A DNA stretch of 64,000 nucleotides from the human T2T-CHM13v2.0 reference genome, Homo sapiens: NCBI RefSeq assembly GCF_009914755.1, contig NC_060931.1; one strand, given 5' to 3'. The position numbers were made by a program, and so were the translations under genes. A model generated the notes under the pieces. It was given only the letters and a program-made list of their open reading frames with translations. It did no database searches and was not told the origin of the DNA. This document shows, piece by piece, positions 56,885-64,000 of the stretch (the stretch's first letter is position 1; each line of letters opens with the position of its first letter).

Positions 56885-58346
56885 GGAAGACAGTGTGGCG
56901 ATTCCTCAAGGATCTAGAACTAGAAATACCATTTGACCCAGCCATCCCATTACTGGGTATATACTGAAAGGATTATAAATCATGCTGCTATAAAGACACA
57001 TGCACGCACATGTTTATTGCAGCACTATTCACAATAGCAAAGACTTGCACCAACCCAAATGTCCATCAATGATAGACTGGATTAAGAAAATGTGGCACAT
57101 ATACACCATGGAATACTATGCAGCCATAAAAAGGATGAGTTCATGTCCTTTGTAGGGACATGGATGAAACTGGAAACCATCACTCTCAGCAAACTATCAC
57201 AAGGACAAAAAGCCAAACACCACATGTTCTCACTCATAGATGGGAATTGAACAATGAGAACACATGGACACAGGAAGGGGAACATCACACACCGGGGCCT
57301 GTCATGGGGTGGGGGAGGGGGGAGGGATAACATTAGGAGATATACCTAACGTAAATGATGAGTTAATGGGTGCAGCACACCAGCATGGCACATGCATACA
57401 TATGAAACAAACCTGCACGTTGTGCACATGTACCCTAGAACTTAAAGTATAATTTAAAAAAAAAACTTGAATGCAATAAAATTCAGTTTTGTGAGTTTAA
57501 AATTCAGTTTTGTGAGTTTTGACAAATGTAAAAAGTCAGATATCCTCTTCCATAGTACCGCATAGAACAATTCCATCACCCTAAAAATTATCTTGTACAG
57601 CACATTATAGTCAACCCCTCGGACCTCCCCCAACCCCTGGCAACTACTGACCTGTTCTCTGTTCCTATAATTTTGCCTTTTCCAGGATGTCATATAAATG
57701 GAATTATATCACATGTCACCTTTTGGATATGGCTTCTTTCTCTTAGCATAATGCATTTAAGATTCATCCTAGCTGTATGAATATCAACAGTTATCTTAAT
57801 TGCCGAATGGTATTCTAGTTTATGATTGTACCACAATTTGTTTATCCATTCACCAACTGAAGAGCATCTTGGTTGTTTCCAGTTTTTAGTGATTTTTAGT
57901 AAGGCTCCATAAATATTCTCATATACATTTTTGTGTAAACTTGATTTTTCAATTCCCTTCCAAAGGTATCTATGAGTGAAAATGCTGGGTCATATGTCAA
58001 GTGTATGTTAAATTTTAAAAGTAACTGCCAAACTGTTTTCCAAAATGCCTGAACCATTTTGCATTTCCACTAGCAATGAGTGAGGGTTCCTTTTGTAATA
58101 CATCCTTGCCAGCATTTCATATTGTCATGTAAATGTATATGTGTATTTAATTCTAGCCATTTCAATAGCTATATCTTGAAGTGTTTCTCATTACACATTT
58201 AATTTTCATTTTCTTAATGATTGATATTATCTTTTAATACACTTCTTTGCCATCTGTACATTTGGGTTGGTGCAATGTTTGTTCAGATGCTTTGCTAATT
58301 TTTAAAATTAAATGTTATCTTTTATTGTTAAAAAAAAAAGAAAGAA
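56885..58346 (+). mobile_element. 5'-truncated L1PA (56885-57465) carrying an ~860 bp 3' transduction (57466-58329) and a second A-tail
   Basis: 16-bp TSD AGAAAAGTCCCACTGT at 56869-56884 and 58347-58362; ATTAAA 58307-58312 before the distal A-tail. Confidence 0.85.
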
Positions 58347-60129
58347 AGAAAAGTCCCACTGTCCTCCTTGCTGGAATTTTTAAAGGTGATACCAAAAAGC
58401 ATGTGTATAACATTACAATACTAGTCTATATATCTTACCTAATTAGGTAATTGCCTTGCAAACCTGCTTTTTCATTTAACCCCTTCCTCTTTCTCACACC
58501 CTGGATAGTAGGAACTGTGGACCTAGATGGATCTGTTTGCTTAGGAAAGAACTCCATGAAATATGGACTATCACTGCTTCCCACCACTGATTTCTGTTAG
58601 CCAGGTTCCTCCCTTCTTCCACCTCCTCCTCCTCCTTGCTCCTTCTTTTATCTAAAACTGAGACTAGTGGTTTTGACTTAGTCTACCAGGATGGCAGCAT
58701 GGGGTAACGGAAAGAACTACTTTGAAGTTCATCAATTTAGGCTTGAATCTCATTCCTCTCCTTCCCGGGTGACGTTGGGCAAAGTATGCAACCTCTTAGT
58801 AGCTGTTTCCTAAACTGCAAGATGATTTCAGTGTTATTGTGAGGATTAAATTGGACAATGCATGTCTCCCCAGATCTCAGTATATTGGCCTCAATAAATG
58901 TCAGCTTCCTCCCACCAGTGCCTTGTTCTTTTTATTTCATACATAACATACCTTACATTATTTTCACAAGGAACAAATAAAGAGAGGTCATCCTGGAGCC
59001 GGACCAAATATTTCAGTTATCTATAGGCTGGAAAAGATGATCTGGGTCCTTTTCGGCATGAATTTGTCCCAGAGCACTCCTTTAGGCTTTTGGTGTGAGA
59101 GCCTTAAAAGACCTTATCTCTAGTTCTCACTGTGAGACATTTAAATCTGGGATAAGAAATGCTGTATAGGACATTGGCTATTGGATCAGGGGAAAGGGAG
59201 CAACACCATTAAAGAAAAGACTTTAAAAGAATACAAGTCAACTCTAAGTCAGGGGAGGAACCACTTTAGATAATAAGTGAAGTAGGCAAAGTTCCCTCTC
59301 CCATGTCTACAAATTTCATAGCCTCCTTTTTTTGTTGCATAAGTATTTCCTGTTCTCAGGCTTTCACTGCCCTTGGCAGATCTCCACTTCAGTCTTTCTC
59401 TCTCCTGGGGCAGCATCCCTTACTCAACTTATTTTCTTCCTTTGAAGGTAATGGCTCTGACATTAATTATAGAGTTAGAATAATATTTACCAAGCCAATT
59501 TTCCTACCTTTTCATTGGAAGAAGAAATTAAAAGTAAAAATAAATAAATAAATATCTCTGATTTGGAGAACAAAGAGAGTTGGTGAAAAAAACAAATCAG
59601 TGTAAGCCTCTGAGGTACCTCATCTACCTAGGACAAGTCTTAGGAAAGGAAATGGAACCTGAACATTCAAGAATATCAAGGGGGTAATGTGCCTCCTTTC
59701 CTAGGTGGTACTTGGAAAAAGAGGCAAGGTTCCAGAACCATCACCACCTTCATTACTTTATGTGATGAAGCACAGATGACTAGGCAGAGAGGGCCCAAGA
59801 GAGGTCACAGAGTGGCACGGGAGAGGTGCAGAGGCTGGCTGGGAGCACTACACTAAAGTCCTTGAAACTGGGATGAAAGGACACTGCTCCAGAAAGCTTT
59901 GTGGACCAGACAACTGAGAGCCAGGGGGGAATGCAGAACTCTCAGAAGATGCCACCATTGAGACCTATGTCTGAGACCCAGGTGGATGCACATCTCAGGA
60001 GGAGCCTGCATGGTCAGACACCAACTGTCGGCCAGACAACCAGCCTGAAACCACGGTGCTATCAAATGACCCTGAATGCAGGTCTTATGTCCAGGAGGAG
60101 GAGAGGAAAGAGAATCATGAATTAAGAGT

Positions 60130-62408
60130 TTTTTTTTAATTTAAATCAGCTTTTTTGAGGTATAATTCATATGCAATAAAACTCACAAGTTTAAGTGTAC
60201 AATTCGATGAGATTTTACAAAGGTTGACAGTTGTGTGATCACTACCATAAACGTTTCCCTCACTCTTAAAAAGTTCTTTCTACCTGAGGCACTTTCTAAA
60301 CACATAAATAAATAAATAAAGTTAAAAATTTCTTCGTGCCCCTTTACAATCAGTCCCTCACCCTATCCCCTCCCATTCCCATTCCCTCGCTCACTGGCAC
60401 ATGATAACCACCAGTAGTTTTGCCTTTTCTAGAATTTCATGTAAAGAGAATCTGTTGTGAACAGAATGTTTATGTCCCCCGCCCCAATATTCATATGCTA
60501 AAATTTAATCCCAATGTGAAGGTAGTTGGAGATGGGACCTGTGGAAGGCCATGTGGGTGGGACCCTCTTGAATGGGGTTAATGCCTTTGTAACAAGAGGC
60601 CACAGAGCTAGCTTGCTTTCTGCCATGTGAGGCTACAATGAGAAGTTGGCAGTCTGCGACCTGGAAGAGGGCCTGCACCTAAGGTGACTATGTTGGCACC
60701 CTGATCTCTGACTTCCAGTCTCCAGAACTGTGAGAAATAACATTTATGTTGTTTATAAGCTACACAGTCTACAGTACTTTTTCATAGAAAATCAAACTAA
60801 AACAATTATAGATGTGTCTGGCTTGTATCACCTAGTGTAACGTTTTTGAGATTCATCTACATTGTTGTGGGTATCAGTATTTCACTCCTTTTATTGCTGA
60901 GTTCAATTCCATTGCATAAATAAACCACATTTTATTTGTCATTCACCAATTGATAGACATTTCACTTGTTTCCAGTTTGTTAGCTACTATGAATCAAGTT
61001 GCTATGAACATTTGAGTACAAGTCTTCATGTGACTACAAGTTTTCATTTCTCTTGGGTAATACCAAGAGTGGAATTTCTGGGTCATAATCTAAACATACA
61101 TTTAATTTTATAGGAAACAGCCAACTTGGTTCCCAAAGTGGCTGTACCTTTTTATATTCCTACCAACAACGTACCAGGGTTCCCACTGCTCCACATCCTT
61201 GTTAACACATGGCATTGTCAGTATCTCAAATTTTTGACATCCTAGTGAAATTGTACTAGTATCTCAAGGTTTTAATTTGCATTTCCAAAATGGCATTACT
61301 ATGTTGAATATCTTTTCATACACTTTTTTTTTGCCATTTATATATATTCTTAGGTAGAGTATCTGTTCAGATATTTTTATCCATTAAACATAATTAGGTT
61401 GCCTTCCCATTATTAAGTTGTGAGAGTTCCTTGTATATGCTGGATATAAATCCTTTACCAGATATGTTTGGCAAATATTTTCTCTCAATGTCTCCTAGCC
61501 TTTTCATTTTCTTAGCAGTGTCTTTTGAATTTTGGTGAAATCCAATTTATTGTTTTTTTCTTTTGTGGTTCACACTTTTTATATTTTATAAAAGAAATCT
61601 TACAGATTATCCTGAATTAGAAAAAAAATCTTTGTCAAACCCAAGGTCACAAGATTTTCTCCTATATTTCCTTTTAGAAATTTTATAGTTTTAACTCTTA
61701 TAGTTAGATCTTTAATCTATTCCAAATTAATTTTTTGTGTATGGTAAGGGTTGATGTTCATTTTTTTGCATATATATACAATTATTCCTGCCATTTGTTG
61801 AAAAAAAAAATCTTCTTCCCATTGAATTCTCAAGACACCTTTAAAAATTACCAATTGACCAAATATATGTAGGTCTATTTCGGTACTCTATTCTGTTCCA
61901 TATGTATCTATTCTTATACTAGTAAAATATAGTATTTATTATTGTAGCTTTATACTAAGTCTCTCTCTCTCTCTCTCTTTTTTTTTTTTTCTTTTTCTTT
62001 GAGACAGAGTCTTGCTCTGTCACAGGCTGGAGTGCAGTGACACAATCTCGGGGCTTACTGCAACCTCTGCCTCCCAGGTGCAAGTGATCCTTGTCCTCAG
62101 CATCCAGAGTAGCTGGGATTACAGGTGCCCACCACCATGCCCAGCTAATTTTTGTATTTTTAGTAGAGATGGGGTTTCATCATGTTGAATAGGCTGATCT
62201 GGAACTTCTGACCTCAAGTTATCCGCCCACCTCAGCTTCCCAAAGTGCTGGGATTACAGGCATAAGCCACTGCACCCAGCCTATAATAAGCCTTAAAATT
62301 AGGTATTATAAGTCCTCAAACTTAATTCTTTTTCAAAATTGTTTTTTCTGTACTAGATACTTTGCATTTCCAAATTGAGAAGCTAGCAGCTTGTCAATTT
62401 CTATTTTT
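60130..62408 (-). mobile_element. Old L1M (L1MC-like) with nested MLT1A LTR and Alu
   Basis: Antisense L1M 3' end (tttttgaggtataattcatatgcaataaaactcac) and degenerate ORF2. Confidence 0.7.
60453..60804 (+). mobile_element. MLT1A-type MaLR LTR
   Basis: tgttgtgaacagaatgtttatgtcccc...gacttccagtctccagaactgtgagaaataa...aaactaaaaca. Confidence 0.8.
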
Positions 62409-62421
62409 AAAAAGCCTGACG

Positions 62422-63205
62422 GTCTTTAATCCATCTTAAGTTAATTTTTGTATAAGGTGTAAGGAAGGGATCCAGTTTCAGTTTTCTGCATATGGCTAGC
62501 CAGTTTTCCCAATACCACGTCTTGAATAGGGAATCCTTTCCCCGTTGCTTATTTTTGTCAGGTTGCCCAAAGATCAGATGGTTGTAGATGTGTGGTGTTA
62601 TTTCTGAGGTCTCTGTTCTCTTCCATTGGTCTATATATCTGTTTTGGTGCCAGTACCATGCTGTTTTGGTTCCTGTAGCTTTGTAGTATAGTTTGAAGTC
62701 AGGTAGCATGATGCCTCCAGCTTTGTTCTTTTTGTTGAGGGTTGTCTTTGCTATATGGGCTCTTTTTTGGTTCCACATAAATTAAAGTAGTTTTTTCTAA
62801 TTCTGTGAAGAAAGTCAATGGTAGCTTGATGGGGATAGCATTGAATCTATAAATTACTTTGAGCAGTGTGGCCATTTTCACAGTATTGATTCTTCTTGTC
62901 CATGAGCATGGGATGTTTTTCCATTTGTTTGTGTCCTTTCTTATTTACTTGAGCAGTGGTTTGTAGTTCTCCATGAAGAGGTCCTTCACATCCCTTGTAA
63001 GTTGGATTCCTAGGTATTTTATTCTCTTTGAAGCAATTGTGAATGGGAGTTTACTCATTATTTGGTGCTCTGTTTGTCTATTATTGGTGTACAGAAATGC
63101 TTGTAATTTTTGCACATTGATTTTGTATCCTGAGGCATTGCCGAAGTTGCTCATCAGCTTAAGGAGATTTGGGGCTGAGATGATGGGGTTTTCTAAATGT
63201 ACAAT
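62422..63205 (-). mobile_element. L1PA ORF2 fragment (antisense)
   Basis: ORFs 62407..62778, 62699..62881 and 62945..63154 are frameshifted ORF2 pieces. Confidence 0.88.
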
Positions 63206-64000
63206 CAGGGGGCGGTTTCAAGATGGCTGAATAGGAACAGCTGCAGTCTACAGCTCCTACCGTGAGCGACGCAGAAGATGGGTGATTTCTGCATTTCCAA
63301 CTGAGGTACCGGGTTCATCTCACTGGGGCTCGTTGAACAGTGGGGGCAGGAGAGTGGGTGCAGCCCACCAAGTGTGAGCTGAAGCAGGGCGAGGCATTGC
63401 CTCACCCAGGAAGCACAAGGGGTCAGGGTATTCCCTTTCCTAGCCAAGGGAAGGGGTGACAGACGGCACCTGGAAAATCAGGTCACTCCCACCCTAATAC
63501 TGCGCTTTTCCAATGGTCTTAGCAAATGGCACACCAGGAGATTATATCCCGCGCATGGCTCGGAGGGTCCCATGCCCAAGGAGCCTCGCTCATTGCTAGC
63601 ACAGCAGTCTGAGATCAAACTGCAAGGCAGCAGTGAGGCTGGGTGAGGGGCGCCTGCCATTGCTGAGGCTCGAGTAGATAAACAAAGTGTCCTGGAAGCT
63701 CGAACTGGGTACAGCCCATCACAGCTCAAGGAGGCCTGCCTGCCTCTGTAGACTCCACCTCTAGGGACAGGGCATAGCCGAACAAAAGGCAGCAGAAACC
63801 TCTGCAGACTTAAACGTCCCTGTCTGACAGCTTTGAAGAGAGTAGTGGTTCTCCCAGCATGGAGTTTGAGATCTGAGAACAGACAGACTGCCTCGTCAAG
63901 TGGGTCCCTGACCTCCGAGTAGCCTAACTGGGAGGCATCTCCCAGTAGAGGCAGACTGACACTTCACACGGCTGGGTACCCCTCTGAGACGAAGCTTCCA
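63206..64000 (+). mobile_element. 5' UTR of an L1PA with intact 5' end (runs off the window); includes YY1 site, antisense-promoter region and ORF0 homologue (63478-63660, minus)
   Basis: GGGGGCGGTTTCAAGATGGCTGAATAGGAACAGC start; antisense ORF MAGAPHPASLLPCSLISDCCASNERGSLGMGPSEP...IRVGVT* resembles L1 ORF0. Confidence 0.9.

Overview
Human (primate) genomic DNA that I recognise as the 7q22.1 segmental-duplication cluster. Left half (1 to ~32,150; GC-rich, very Alu-dense): the end of a probable SPDYE-family 3' UTR, a complete POLR2J2-type gene on the minus strand (RPB11b, whose last coding exon lies in an MSTA LTR) with its CpG-island promoter, a solo LTR13, and the last 10 coding exons of a RASA4 (CAPRI) copy that lacks its 5' half (RASA4DP-like). 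At ~32.1 kb the sequence switches abruptly to AT-rich, L1-rich DNA carrying a copy of the first coding exon of CCDC146, also on the minus strand. Main result: the CCDC146-derived exon (ATG 44118, phase-0 donor at 43962) splices in frame onto the first remaining RASA4 exon (phase-0 acceptor at 31432). All ten RASA4 exons have intact GT-AG sites and frame, giving an uninterrupted 498-aa chimeric CCDC146-RASA4 ORF from a locus that looks like a truncated pseudogene. Other notable items: a stop-containing cassette exon built from a duplicated Btk-motif segment, an L1 3' transduction with a 16-bp TSD, two twin-primed L1s, and an L1 5' UTR whose antisense promoter/ORF0 faces the chimeric gene. Gene and repeat-family names come from recall of known sequences, not database searches, and repeat boundaries are approximate unless a TSD is given.
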